This document shows positions 25,798-38,400 of a DNA stretch of 64,000 bases, piece after piece. Each line of letters starts with the position of its first letter. Within the stretch, counting starts at the first letter, position 1. This DNA is from Pavona decussata (Eukaryota), in NCBI GenBank assembly GCA_977016875.1, contig CDRNST010000096.1, forward strand, positions 620,001 to 684,000, read 5' to 3'. The position numbers were made by a program, and so were the translations under genes. The notes under the pieces were generated by a model that saw only the letters and a program-made list of their open reading frames with translations, did no database searches and was not told where the DNA came from.

Positions 25798-28700
25798 GCT
25801 TATGCCTCTGGATTCCTCGAGGAACATAGGGCCGCAACGACACTCCTCCAACGCACTCGGTTTTGGCTCGTCCTCTTCAGTTCGGCCCACGACATTCCGG
25901 TAGACTTCGTCTCGGCTTCAATGCTTCTCCGCCAGGTCTGCTTCGGGCGACCAACTTTGCGCTTCCCCTGTGGATTCCAGTCTAAAGCCTGTCTGGTGAT
26001 GTTGGTTTCAGGCTTCCGCAAAGTATGGCCAATCCAGCTCCATTTTCTCTTCTTGATTTCAGTCTCCATTGGGGTCTGATTTGTTGTTGCCCACAGCTGT
26101 TCGTTGGAGATAGTCTCTGGCCATCTGATGTTGAGGATGTTTCTGAGGCATCTGTTGGTAAAAGTCTGAAGTTTGTGGGTGCTGGTCTTGGTCACTCTCC
26201 ACGTTTCTGAGCCATAAAGCAGGACTGACTTCACGTTGGTGTTGAAAATGCGGATCTTGTTGCGGAGTGAGAGGGCTGTTGATCTCCAGATTGGTCTCAA
26301 GGTGTTGAAGGCGTGTCTGGCTTTGTTGATTCGGCACTTGATGTCTTCGTCTGTCCCCCCGTCTTTACTCACGACGCTGCCCAGGTAAACAAACTTGTCA
26401 ACTTCTTTGATGTTCTCTTGGTTTAGCTGTAGTGGATCTTGCTGCTTGTTGTTCGCTCTCATGGCCTCAGTCTTTCCAATGTTGATTTGGAGTCCAGTCT
26501 TTACTGCTTCTTCTGCCACACGACAGAGCTTCTCTTGTGCGTCTTGATGCCTATGGGAGAGAAGGCTGATGTCGTCTGCGAAGTCCAAGTCCTCCAGCTG
26601 TCTAGTAAAAGTCCACTGGATACCTGTCCTCCGGCCTGCTGTAGACTGTCGCATAACCCAGTCAACCACCATCAGGAAAATCGTCGGTGAGAGTAGACAA
26701 CCCTGACGTACGCCGGTATGCACGGTGAATGGTTCCGTCAGTTTCCCGTCGTGGATCACTTGACAGGTGGCGTCTTCGTACATCTGCTGTATGATGGTGA
26801 CAAACTTTGGTGGAAATCCATAATGGTACATCAGTTTCCAGATGACGTCTCGATTAACACTGTCAAACGCCTTCTGGAAGTCCACGAAAACTGTGTACAG
26901 GGGGGTCTGCCACTCCAGGGACTGTTCGATGATGATCCGTAAGGTTGCGATGTGGTCCGTGCATGAGCGGTTTTGTCGAAATCCTGCCTGTTCGTCCCGG
27001 AGTTTCTTGTCTAAGGCGGTTTTCAGTCTCTCTAGGATGATTCTGCTCAGTACTTTGCCCGGTATAGAAAGCAGCATAATTCCCCTCCAGTTGTTGCGTT
27101 GTGAGAGGTCCCCTTTCTTTGGTAGCTTCACTAGGTGTCCTCGTTTCCAGTCCTCTGGAACTTGTTCCTCTTCCCAGATCTTGGTGAGTAGGGGGTGCAG
27201 CATGTCGGTTGAGGTCTGGACGTCAGCCTTGAGGGCTTCAGGTGGTATTCCGTCCGGTCCTGCTGCCTTGCCTGACTTGAGGGACTTGATGGCCTTGGTG
27301 ATCTCTGTCTTGCTGGGAGGGTTGGTGTTGATGTCTAGGAGCTCAGTTGCTGGTGGGATGTCTGGTGGGGTGGGTGGTGCTGGTCTGTTGAGTGTCTCCT
27401 TGAAATGCTCGGCCCACCTTGCTCTCTGCTCTTCCTCTGTCGCGATGGCATTCCCGTTCTTGTCTTTCACAGGACGACTTGGGTTGCTGTTCTTTCCAGA
27501 GAGTGTCCTGGTGATCTCGTACAGTCGCTTCATGTTGCGCTGATATGCTGCAGTCTCTGCCTCTTCAGTGAGCTCCTCTATGAACTTTCTCTTGTCGCTC
27601 CTTGCGCTGCGCTTCACCTCCTTGTTTGTCTCCCAGTATCGCCTCTGCAGTTCTCGTTTCTCTGCTTGGTCCTGCGTCTGGTTGATCAGGTCTTTCAGTT
27701 TCTTCCTCTCTGTGATGTGTCTGTTGTCAGCCACTCCTTGTGTTGCCTTGTTTTCTTCCCCAGGACTGTCGTGCATGTTGCCTTCCAGGTCTCTCGGAGG
27801 CTGCTCCATTGCTCTTCTATTGTCTCTTCTTGTAGGTTTGTAAGTACACTGAACTTGTTTCTCAGTTCTATCTTGAACTCCTCTGTCTTTGCCTTTTCCT
27901 TCAGAGTGCGGACGTTGAACTTGAAGGCCGGTCTTCCTGCCTGATCTCTGTAGGCTTTCAGCTTTACTCTCACAACTGCTACAACCAGGTGATGGTCTGA
28001 TGCTGCATCTGCGCCGCGCTTCACTCTCACGTCGTGTAGACTCCGTCTCCACTTTCGCCCGATGGTGATGTGGTCAATCTGGTTCTCTGTTCTGCCATCT
28101 GGGGAAATCCACGTGGTCTTGTGGATGGTCTTGTGTGGAAATAGAGTTCCTCCAATGACCAGGTCGTTGAAGGTGCAGAACTCGGTGAATATCTCTCCGT
28201 TCTCGTTTTGCTCTCCTGTGCCGTGTCTTCCCATAGTCAGCTCTCTGTCTGTGTTGTCCGTGCCTACTTTGGAGTTCAGGTCTCCCATCAGGATCTTCAT
28301 GTCTCTTTTTGGTGCTCTGTCTATGACTGCTTGGATCTGGTCGTAAAACTCTTCTTTCTCCTCCATGTCTGCCGTGTTGGTGGGGGCATAACACTGGAAG
28401 ATGGTGACTTTTCTGCCTTTTGAGTTGAATCTTGCTGTGAGGATCCTTGGTGACACAGGTTCCCAGGACAGAAGTGCTTGCGTTGCCTCAGGTGTCATCA
28501 GCAGCGCTATTCCGTACATGTGTGGTTGTCCTTCTTCTTGCCCCGAGTAGATGATGGTGTCTCCACTCGTAAGTCGTGTTCTTCCACTTCCATTCCACCG
28601 TGTCTCACACAGGCCTAGGATTTTCAGGTTGTAGCGGTGCATCTCTCTACACACTTGTGCACTCTTGCCTGTCTCGTATAGGGTTCGGATGTTCCAGGTC

Positions 28701-29133
28701 CCTATCCTGGTCTTGGCCTTGGTCGTCAGAAGAGTTGTCGGCGCACTGGCTTCCCGAAGGCTTTCACCAGCTCGCGTCATGCGCTCTACAGGAGAGGACT
28801 CTTCCTCAATCAAGAAGTCTTCAGTAGTTGTCGTTGCGGTGTCTGTAACAGGCTTTTGTTTTCTAGAATTGGGTTGTTAGCCCTATTCAAACCCCCAACC
28901 TGGAGGACCAGAGGAACATTAAATTCGGAGGAACCTACTCCTAGATGGATTGTCTTCACCACGACTGACGAGCTCGATCTACCCGGTGTGAGTGCTCTTA
29001 GTCTGGTCTCTACCCCTCGACCTGTCTGCCTTGGGTGGCCCTACCAGGAGACAGATCTCCGGACAGCATAGCTCTAAGGGTCGCTGAGACACGCAAGCCC
29101 CCTAACCACGGCAAGGTTGCACTCTCTAGGAGG
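25798..29133 (-). mobile_element. Full-length RTE-clade LINE inserted into the BEL pol gene
   Basis: 12-bp TSD AGCCACCTTCAT at 25786-25797 and 29134-29145. Contains APE and RT coding regions and a ~320-nt 5' UTR; ends 2 nt after its stop codon. Confidence 0.96.
25800..28813 (-). pseudogene. RTE APE-endonuclease/reverse transcriptase ORF with one frameshift
   Basis: APE motifs GTWNIRT, ETRW, YAPT, GDLN, IDHI, SDH; RT motifs NWRGI, QAGFR, DFQKAFDS, GVRQG, FADD, YLGS. Frame change near 27720 (EWLTTDT|ITERKKLK). Confidence 0.95.
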
Positions 29134-32100
29134 AGCCACCTTCATTCAGCATGGCAATTAGCTTAACTGCCAGGGTAGTGGCCTGGTTGGTGGTCTGGAT
29201 AGACTTGTGAAGGTCGTCGACATAGAAATTACGGCGGACAGTTTCTGCAACTTCTCTGCCGTACTTGTCCTCATGATCATCAGCAGTTTGTCTCAGGGGT
29301 TTATTGGAGCAGCAAGGGGAGGACGTAGCGCCAAATATGTGCACTTGCATTTGGTACTCCTCAGGTTCCTCGTTGAGGTTCCCACTCCACCATAAGAATC
29401 GAAGGGCATCGCAGTCTTCGGCAGGCACATGTACTTGGTGGAACATCTGTTCTATATCTGCAATAAGGACCACCTCTTCTTGTCGGAACCGCATGAGGAC
29501 GCCAGCTAGGTTGTTAATGTAATCTGGACCTTGCAGGAGCTGATCATTCAGGGAGGTGCCTTGAAATTTTGCAGCTGCATCAAAAACAACGCGGATCTTG
29601 CCTGGCTTGTTTGGGTTAATAACGGGGTGATGAGATAAGTACCAGGTCTTGTTACTTCTTTGATGAGCTTCCTCCCTTGTGAGCTTGCGGGCATGACCTT
29701 TGGTGACATAATCGTCAATGACTGACCGATACTTTATGTGAAGATCTTTGTCTCGTTCCAGGCGTCGCTTGAGGTGGCGCAGACGTATCTCGGCCATTGG
29801 GCGATTGAAAGGAAGGCTGGGACGTTCCTTTTGCCACAGGAGACCCATGCTGTAGTGTCCTTTTGTCTTAGAAATTGTTTTGTCAATGATCTGCTCGGCA
29901 CGCCTGTCTTCAACTGACAACGACTTGTAGGGTTCGGTGCCAAGGGACTCCGACTGCCAGAACAGTTCAACTTGGTGGTTGAGTGTCAGGTCACTAGCTC
30001 CTGTGTGGATGTGGTGAACATCATACCGCTGTTGTGTTGGTCTGTCACCGATTCTGCCGAGAACAGCGAAGCCAAGACAGGAACGGATAGCGATAGGGTC
30101 GTTTGCGCTTCCGTACCGAACCTCCAGGGGGACAAACACTTCGGGTACATCAGCTCCGATTATAAGCGAGACCTTCTGTCGCTGGACTTCCGGGAAGGGA
30201 ACGTCGTGAAGATGTGGCCATCTTGACTTGTTGGTGGCAATACACTGGTGGCGCAAAGGAATGCTTAGTTCTTTCCCGGACCACACCCTTTGTAGTTGAA
30301 GCTGTTGGGGATGGTCGTCGATAAGTGACTCCACTGCAAGATTTACTCTTTCTCCGTCGTGAGGCTCATTGTGATTGCTTACGGTTGAGAAGACCAAACG
30401 GTCTGGTTGGCCACTGAGTCCCAGGAAACTAACGAGTGACTGGTCCACCAGTGTGATTTCAGATCCAGAATCTAGCATTGCATAAGTGGTTACGGTTAAA
30501 CCGTTAGGACCGACAACTCGCAGGGGTACGACCTGCAAGAGAATGGTGCCCGATTCCTCAGTCCTGGTGGTGGTACAGGAGGTAACTGAAGCTGTGGTGT
30601 CGACTGCTGCAGTTGGGCCATCTGTGGTGTGGTCTTCTGATATGCTCACGTGAAGTTGCGTTGGGTGAAGGAGAGAGTGGTGGAATGCACCACACCCTTG
30701 AATCCGGCACCTAAAGGAGCTGGTGCAGGTGTCTGTTGAATGCTCAGTGTTCTTGAGACAATTGGGACACATTTTCTTTGAGGAGACAAGGGTCGCTCTC
30801 TCTTGTGGTGTCTTCTTCTTGAACTTTTCGCACCGGTACAATGGATGTGCTTGGCCACAACATCGACAGCTATTCGAACTGGCACTTCCGTTTTTCTGAG
30901 GTGTCCTGGATGGTTGTGGGGTGGTCTTGCTGTTATTGCTGATCGACATTGTTGTAAATTTCGGTGGCTCCTGTTTCCCACTGGGCAGCAGTTTTCTGTT
31001 CTTGATAGGGTTGTTGTAGCTGAACTGCTGGAATTTGCCGCTAATGGGGTGGTTGGCAATGTTCGCATGTCTGGTGAGAAAGTTAACAAAGTTAGCCAGG
31101 GTTGGGAACCGCTGGCCCTTCGCTTCCAGGTCATACGCTAGAGCGGCGAACTTGTCCTGGAGGGGCTTGGGCAGACGCGCTGCCATGTTCACGATGTTTC
31201 CTTGATTTATTTCTGCCAGACAGTTCATGGATGTCAGGGTAGCTAGGGCCCTCGTGGCTTGATCGGCGAACTTCCGGAGGGCGCTCTTGTCACCGCTTGC
31301 GATTGGTGGTCCTTTGACTAGGTTGGCAACAACAGAACCAACAATCATACATGGTCGACCGTATCTCTGGTCAAGGATCGCCAGAGCTTGGTGGATGCCG
31401 CCTGCAACTGTCTCGAGTCCCGACACAGCTTCTTTAGCCTCCCCATCAAGGAACTGCAACAGACGGGTCATCTTGCTCTCCTCGTCCAGGTCTTCCCGCG
31501 ACATTACGATGCGTTTGAAGCGCTGTTTAAACAGGGGAAACTCCTCCGGCATGCCACTAAACCTTTGGAAATGAATGGGCGGGAGACTTTGATTGTATGC
31601 AAGCGTTTGTTGCATCATTGAAATGTCCTTCATAGTCGACACAACAAGCGCAAGGACTTCATCGTGAGTGGACGATTTAGACTGTGCATGAGAGATTGGC
31701 CTCGCAGAGGGAGGTGAATAGGACTGGGTAAAAGGAAAACGATTGATAGTTGCTGTCGATGGGACACCAAATCCAGGAGGGTACACAGGGGTGCTAGTTA
31801 CCTTGGTGCAGGCGGGTCCATTCAAAGTTTGCTGGGCGGATGTAGTTGGAAAAGGCGGCGCCAAAGGGGAAAGGTTGTCTGCTGTAGGTAGATCCAGACC
31901 ATTTGCCGCCGCTGTCGCTGAAGCACCGATTCCAGAGGGGTGGGCAGGGGTGAAGGTTACCCTGGTAATGGCCGGTTCACACGAACTTGGCTGGGCTGAT
32001 GGAGCTGGAAAGGGCGCGGCCCAAGGAGAAAGGCTGCTCACTGCAGGTAGACCGGGACTATTGGTAGCTGCTGTTGAAGCGCTGATCCTAGGCGGGTGGG

Positions 32101-33109
32101 CAGGGGTGACAATCGTCTCAGTGGACACCCTCGGGATCGCAGAGAATACTGGTACAGTGGCAGTTGTCTGTTGGGAATCGAGAGCCAATGTACTCGGGAC
32201 AGTCGAAGTGTAGGTCGAGACGCCACACGTCAGCGCCGGAAGATTACCGCCAACAGGTGGGGCGTAACCCGCGGGCGTTGACACGACAGGTCCGTTACGG
32301 ACTTCATTGGTTCCGAAAACAGATGATGTCTCCATGTCCGACAATCCGTCTCCCGTTTCATCGACAATTTTGACTTCTAGATCCATCAGGGCAGCTGTTT
32401 TCCTCGCTTCAGCGAGCTTAGCGTCGGCCTCGGTTTTGAGGGATTCCAACCTCATAATGCCTTTTAATTCTTCTTCCTGAAGTTCTCTCATCGTTGCGTA
32501 TTCACGTTGTTTTCTTTCCAATTCGAGCATTTTGATTTCCGCTTCCACTAACCTTTGTTTTTCTTGTTCCGCGAAGAAAAGAGCCAGTTGAGCCTTTTCG
32601 GCCTCAAGCCTTCGTGCCTGGGCCTTTGAACTAGTAACGCTGGCTGAATTACGTGACGTTCCGGAAGTGCGTGACTTTACAGATCCACGGCGATGGCTGG
32701 ACATTTCTTGAAGGTTTTCCATCACGTGTTCGTTAAGGGCAGTTGCAGCGTTACATATAAAATTTTCCACGGTCGAGGAGAAATTTACCCTGAGTTGTGC
32801 TAGGGCGTCGAATTGTTTAGAGCACTCAATTTGTTCCTCAGGAGTCGCGGAATCCATAAACTTATTGTGTGACACAACAAAGTTTTTCCATTGGGCTTCG
32901 TATTCATTGAACTTTTCCCTTATCAATACGACGTCTGAGTGATCCTGCATGAGCTTTTCGACTTCTTGTCGAGTGTTGGTGGTAGCGCTTAGGTGACCGG
33001 CGCGCGAACGTTTTAAGGCGATCGCCCTTTCCCGTCTCACATCTTCATGGTTTAGTAGTGCGGATGGGCGCGACTCTCGTTTGTCGCCGTGTCTGTTTGC
33101 CATATCCAC
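29134..33109 (-). CDS. BEL/Pao gag-pro-RT N-terminal half
   Basis: 1327-aa ORF with three Cys-His knuckles, protease LDSGS, and RT motifs IRVVFDAA, ADIEQMF, FGATSSP, YVDD. Confidence 0.96.
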
Positions 33110-33332
33110 TAGGAGCGGATAGATGGGGCTTTATAACGAGCGTAGAAACATCACAATGTGTTGTGGTAATTCGTTGAATGCTGTGGTTTCCTTCCAATGG
33201 TAACTGGCGTTTGTCAGGATTGAACAGTTTCTCCGAACCACGTGCGCGATGTTGTTTGTGCCTGTGAAACTCGATGCGCGAACGATCTTGCAATTGTTAT
33301 CGAGGCGATGAACAATTACTAGAATAAAACCA

Positions 33333-33779
33333 TGAATAGGCGCCCAAAAGGTGAGGCCTATCCCAATCGATATGAATTTGACGAAGTTTTGTTTCAGACG
33401 AAATTGACCAAGAAGGCTTGGATATCTTCCGAAAACTCCGTTTTATTCTGCAAATAATACAAATCACTAAGGTCACGCGGGCCGCCCGATTCACGGTGAA
33501 AATCCAAAAATAACAACACAAATGTACGGAAATCACAGCAAATCACTAATAAACTTGACAACACTTCTTACCTAGTATCGACAATTAGCGAACGATCCAA
33601 GGTGGACAAAAAAGGCGGAAGAAAAAGGGGCTTCCAAAAACACGAGTGACTAACACAGGCGACGATCACAGAGATTGAATTTCGTTATTGCGTTAGTAAT
33701 CAAATTTCTAGGGTACGTCAAAGGTCCTCAAAGGGAAGGCCGCTGAGCGGAAAGTGGGTGTTGAGCGTGGGCCTCAACA
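33333..33779 (-). repeat. 5' LTR of BEL/Pao element 2
   Basis: Direct repeat of 22715-23161, followed by TSD CCTCC. Confidence 0.97.
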
Positions 33780-34854
33780 CCTCCTGAGAACAAAGATCAT
33801 CTGAATCTCTGCTGCCAGGCAAAAAATACTCAACGTCATAATCCTCTTCATCACAAGCTTCATGCTGTGTAATCAGCTCTGCCCTTGCCCATTCATTTCT
33901 CTTGCCTTCCAATTTTCTTCTGCACTGCAATTTCAGCAAAATAATTTGTGTGCTGTCACTAAGACACGTATGTGGCCTCACCTCCTAAGAAATATTTTGC
34001 CAGTAGGTAGTGACCGCATTCAAGTGATACATATTGAAGTTGATGAAAATAAGTTTCCAGTTACGTGAGGATATTGTAGATAAACGGAACATTAGAAACT
34101 TGCAGTTCCCTTACCATAAACCTTTACTTCTTTCAATCAAAATGTTGCTGCACGGTATGGGGTGGCTTGATGCAATGTTATAATTAATGTTTCATTGCTC
34201 GTTCAACTAGTAATTGATTTGTTAAACAACACAGATTGTCAACGGACACTTTGAACTGTACTGAATGGGAAACATTGAAACAGGGATCCGTTTTCATTAT
34301 CGATCGCTCAAGCCATTTCCGCTGCGCGCTGCGACTTTCAGCCCTATAGAAAGATATGCGATCGTTCCGGCCCTTCACGGTCAGTTATTTTCTAAGAAGA
34401 TTAATACCTGCAGGTGCATACACCTGAACTAGATATTTGTTATTTTCACGGCCTTAAAAAACGCGTCATGATAAAGTAATTATTATTCAGTGCCTCTCTG
34501 AGCACCATCTTAACGGCAGTGTAAAGGGCGACTTTTCTTTTGATATTTTAAAACAAGCGGGCTTTAAAAGAAATATATAGTGACTAAAGCTTTCGTCACC
34601 AACAACGCTGGATACGCCCTTTCAAGAATGAATGAGAAATGGGGTTAATTTGCTATAAACAATGAACGCGCATTAACAAGGAAATATCTCGTTCGTATCA
34701 ATGCCTGAAACAGCAGTTGGCACATTATGAAAGCAAGAATCACAATCAAGGACAAGAAGACAGCAAAAGAATGTAAGAAAAACGAAAAAAAGTAAAAGTT
34801 GCATCATGACTCAAACTTGACTCCGGCTCAAACTTTACTCGTGCTACGAGTAAC

Positions 34855-35460
34855 CTCCCTTGTAACGGGACCGTTTGCCGTACATGTCCCCACGTCAATC
34901 TGGCTCCCACAATAACAACACCCGAAGGGCAGATTAATGTCACAGGGCATTATTCCTGCGTCACGGACAATGTGGTTTACTGTTTGACATGAACCAAATG
35001 TCCATCAACAGTTTATATCGGAGAGACTGGTAGTAAGTTGGCGGTACAGATTCAGAGAACACCGCAGGGATGTCATCAACGGGAGAAATGACCTTCCTGT
35101 ACCCGCCCATTTCAACCAAGAGAACCACACACTCGAAGATCTAAAGGTTGCAGTTTTGAGGGCAGGCCTAGCCAACCAACAATACCGAAAGAAGCAGGAG
35201 ATGCGGTTCATTTTCAAATATGGAACTGTTAGTCCGAGTGGCATGAATCAGGACTTTAGTTTTGCTTGAATTCGTTTTTTACTTCCTCGCGCGCCGGAGT
35301 GCGCTAGCACGTATGTTGCGCGCACGCGTGCTTTTAGAATTTAGGCATGCGAGTAAATTTAACGAACTTTTGAGCGGTATAGTTTTGTACCCTGAAGAAG
35401 GCAGCATTGCCGAAACGTCGGTTTGAAATTATCTTTCAGCGTCTATTTTATAATTTTTGA
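34855..35460 (+). mobile_element. Penelope-like element 3' fragment (GIY-YIG endonuclease relic plus pLTR part)
   Basis: Manual translation CNGTVCRTC..NVVYCLT*TKC..VYIGETG..RFREH..PAHF..QEMRFI..P.GMN, stop at 35267-35269. One internal stop and one frameshift. Confidence 0.9.
35389..35422 (+). ncRNA. Minimal type I hammerhead ribozyme of the Penelope-like element
   Basis: ACC-CTGAAGA-AGGCA-gcat-TGCC-GAAAC-GTC-GGT: CUGANGA and GAAA core, stem II GGCA/UGCC, GUC cleavage triplet, stem I ACC/GGU. Confidence 0.85.
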
Positions 35461-38400
35461 ATTCACATCTACTAGTAACCTTGTTGGGAGAACTCGGATT
35501 TTCTTTTTCCGAGTATGTCTGCGTCAGTGACTACAAAAATGAACCATTTATCATTTATTCACCAGCGCCCAGTTGTTCAAAGCCCGATTAAGCTAATCCT
35601 GGATTAACGCAAACTTGGACTTGAGTTTAATTGCTAATGAACAAAGATTCTTCCAAAAGATTTTCGGCCCGTCAGTTTTGACTTAGACTTTTCTTTACCA
35701 TTACCTTGAAATTAGCAAACATAACATCACATTTATTTCACAACTCATTGTTTAGTTTTAAGGTACCTATCTTCTTACCTCTTCAATTCTTTTATTGCCA
35801 CTCATCAAGGCTTTTGCCAGATCCGACGTGCCCTTTGTTCTGGCAAGAAGCAAATCTTTCGTTACTTCTTCCATGGTTGTAACCTAAAAACGCACACAAA
35901 GAAAGAATGGTCAATCTTAAATGTGGCTGTTAATCGATGGTGTTAAGGTTCTGTTCATACGGATTTTTCGCTGCCCCCTTTATTTGCCTTGCAACAACAA
36001 TTTCTTGCTGAGTTGGTGAAAGGCAGACTGTCTTCTTCTTTTTGTTACTTTTCATAACCATGTGGCGTGATAGTTGTTTTTAGCAATTCCGGTGCAATGC
36101 TGGTTTCATTATAATTGTGTAGCAAGATGTCAGTAAAGTTGCCTTGTGTAAGGGGGCCTTCGAGCCAGTGGAGTGTTTAACCAAGAGGGTGTGCCAAGGG
36201 TTGGGCTGAGGGAAGTTTAGGGTTATAAATGAAAAAAAATAAAAAATGCCACACCACTCCACAATCCTAACTTCACATGAGTCCAGTCCAATTTAAGTAA
36301 AGTTTCCATCTTGGCTGGATGGCCGGTTCATGTGCGGCTGTCAGGCGGTGGGAAAAATACAAACAAAAACGGTTTCATGATGCAAGGACTAACACTGAAT
36401 CTTTCGACAATTGCGGTTCTTTTCACCATTGCCAACATTTGCTTAAACTGATTTTCATTTGATCGCTGCCAACTTTGCGTTTCACTGTCATCGATCGACC
36501 ACATGGAAACAGCGTTCAGGTTTGCTCCAAACGAAAATCATTTAAGATGCGTTGTAAAAACAAGCTGCAAATAACTTATCTGAAAATCTGACGCTGCATT
36601 TACATATTTTTTCCCATTCAAATAGGCCTTTACTGTGGAAAAAGTTATTTATTTGCAAACCATAAAAAAGCACGTGTTACTCACCTTCAAAGTTTTCTTG
36701 AAAGAAGACTTTAGTTACGCCACACAGAGTGTCATAGTTAATACGACAAATTTTTCCCAAGAAAATGTCGTTCAAACCGAAGAGCCAATTACATATATAC
36801 TGGAAATATGAGAATAAAATCATTATCTACTACTAAAACTAACGTTACAGAAAAGCCTAGAACGGTTATTCCTAGAAACATTGTGTGCTGAGATTTTTTT
36901 TTCGTGGAAGACAAACTAACGCAACACTGAGATCTTTATCGCTTAAAACAAATACCCATGAACACTTCAGCACCATCAGAACTGCTTAGAGTTGTTATTG
37001 TTGGTTAATATTGTTAATGTAGTTCATGAGCAGATTTGGGGTAGTTGAGCTGAAGTGAAGTTTTCACTGAGTTACAGGACAGCCCTACACACTCCAAAGG
37101 ATAATTATCTGCTGTGGGTATGGAGCGAGGTTGCGTTCTCGTCGACGTTTTTTCGAGCCCAGTCTTTCTGTATTTTCTAGATCTAAACCTGTATTTAGTG
37201 AAGTTTCTTTTTCACTTCTTTTACTTGAAATCTTTCTTCAGCTGGCTTCTTTTGTAGCCATCTAACCAAGAACAAATCACTTCCCAGAATTTACCTGCGA
37301 GGAAAATTTCCAAATTCCCGAGGGTGGTTGTAAGATAAAGGATACACTGTATATTGGCTGAAATTTTCTTTTAATACAGGTCCAAAAACACAAATCGAAA
37401 ATAGTGGCCAAGTGACGAACAATTTATCAAAACATCCCACTGAAAATGACGTGCTATAGGCAGAATTGACAGCCACGCATAGGAGATTGAAAAACTGCAA
37501 TAAGAAGATGGGGACACCGTGCTTTTTTTTTTTTCCCGGCGTGACCGTTATTGTAAGTTTTTACTGAGTTACGCGAGAAATGTTCGAACTTAAACAACCA
37601 AAATAAAATTGTTTTTATGTAGCAAAAACTATGAATAGTGGTGAAAGCAAGAGCTAACTGAAATTGTTTGTCTGGGCTATAATGTTTCAGTACAGTGGTT
37701 TCAAATTGCCCGATCTTGCAAATAAAGAAATTAATTGCATTTTGAGCGAAAAAGATTGCATTGTGACACTGCCATGTAGAAGAAATAACCATTTATATTC
37801 GCTGTGCCAAGTGTTGCTGTAAGAACTCAAATATTTACAGAGTTATGACTTCATTTTTGTGACCGTTACCAAAGTGCCTGATCCCACTTCTAAAATCATA
37901 CTTGTCTATCTGCTGCAAGGAGAGCTATTTGTTTTGATAAGTTTCGTGGATTTAAAGGTATATATTAACGCATTCTTCTGATGTGAAGAAATTTTCAAGA
38001 ATTACAAAAAGAGATAATTTTCGTAGAGCCTTAAGACATACGTGACAATGGGGCATTCATGCAACGCAGAATTTTTGCAAATCACAAGTGCTAATATTTG
38101 AAAAAAAAAAGTACATAGTCACTTTTCCTTTCAGCAATTCTTTTTTTGTGAACGAAGAACATAACATTCTTAAACATTTTCTCGTTTGCTCGCGCAAGGA
38201 AGCCCCATGAGCAACAATATTTCCGGTACAATGGGCCTCGTTTGCCACCGCCTTTATATTACTACTAGTCAGAGGCGCCAACTGGTGATGGATCCATTGT
38301 TCAAATTCAAGATTTCTTCCACTTGTAATGCTGGTGACTGTCCCCAATTATCAATACCAATTCTCATATTCTCAAGTACAGGACGTAATATGACAAGTGT

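Larger units (their letters stand above)
22715..33779 (-). mobile_element. BEL/Pao LTR retrotransposon 2, young and full length
   Basis: 447-bp LTRs at 22715-23161 and 33333-33779 with no difference found by eye. 5-bp TSD CCTCC; PBS-like TGGTTTTATTCT; PPT AAAGGGGGGAGCA. Confidence 0.98.
20269..33925 (-). pseudogene. Tyrosine recombinase (Crypton-like) copy 2, interrupted by BEL element 2
   Basis: ORFs 33718-33981 and 22069-22710 join in frame across the BEL insertion (DDLCSQEV|VISTGW). Two CPxxGC..L..VH fingers; YR motifs NAHR, KHKT, TLI*KSA, LMAHKESAAQRYY; C-terminal Myb-like repeats. Frameshifts near 22150 and 20378; stop at 21029. Confidence 0.92.

Noticed and set aside
26025-32373. Many plus-strand ORFs over the RTE and BEL regions (also over the YR genes)
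   Set aside because: They are antisense shadows of minus-strand coding sequence with no independent motifs.
20269-33779. YR next to RT read as a DIRS/Ngaro YR-retrotransposon
   Set aside because: TSDs and in-frame rejoining show that BEL and RTE are later insertions into the YR gene; BEL has its own DDE integrase.
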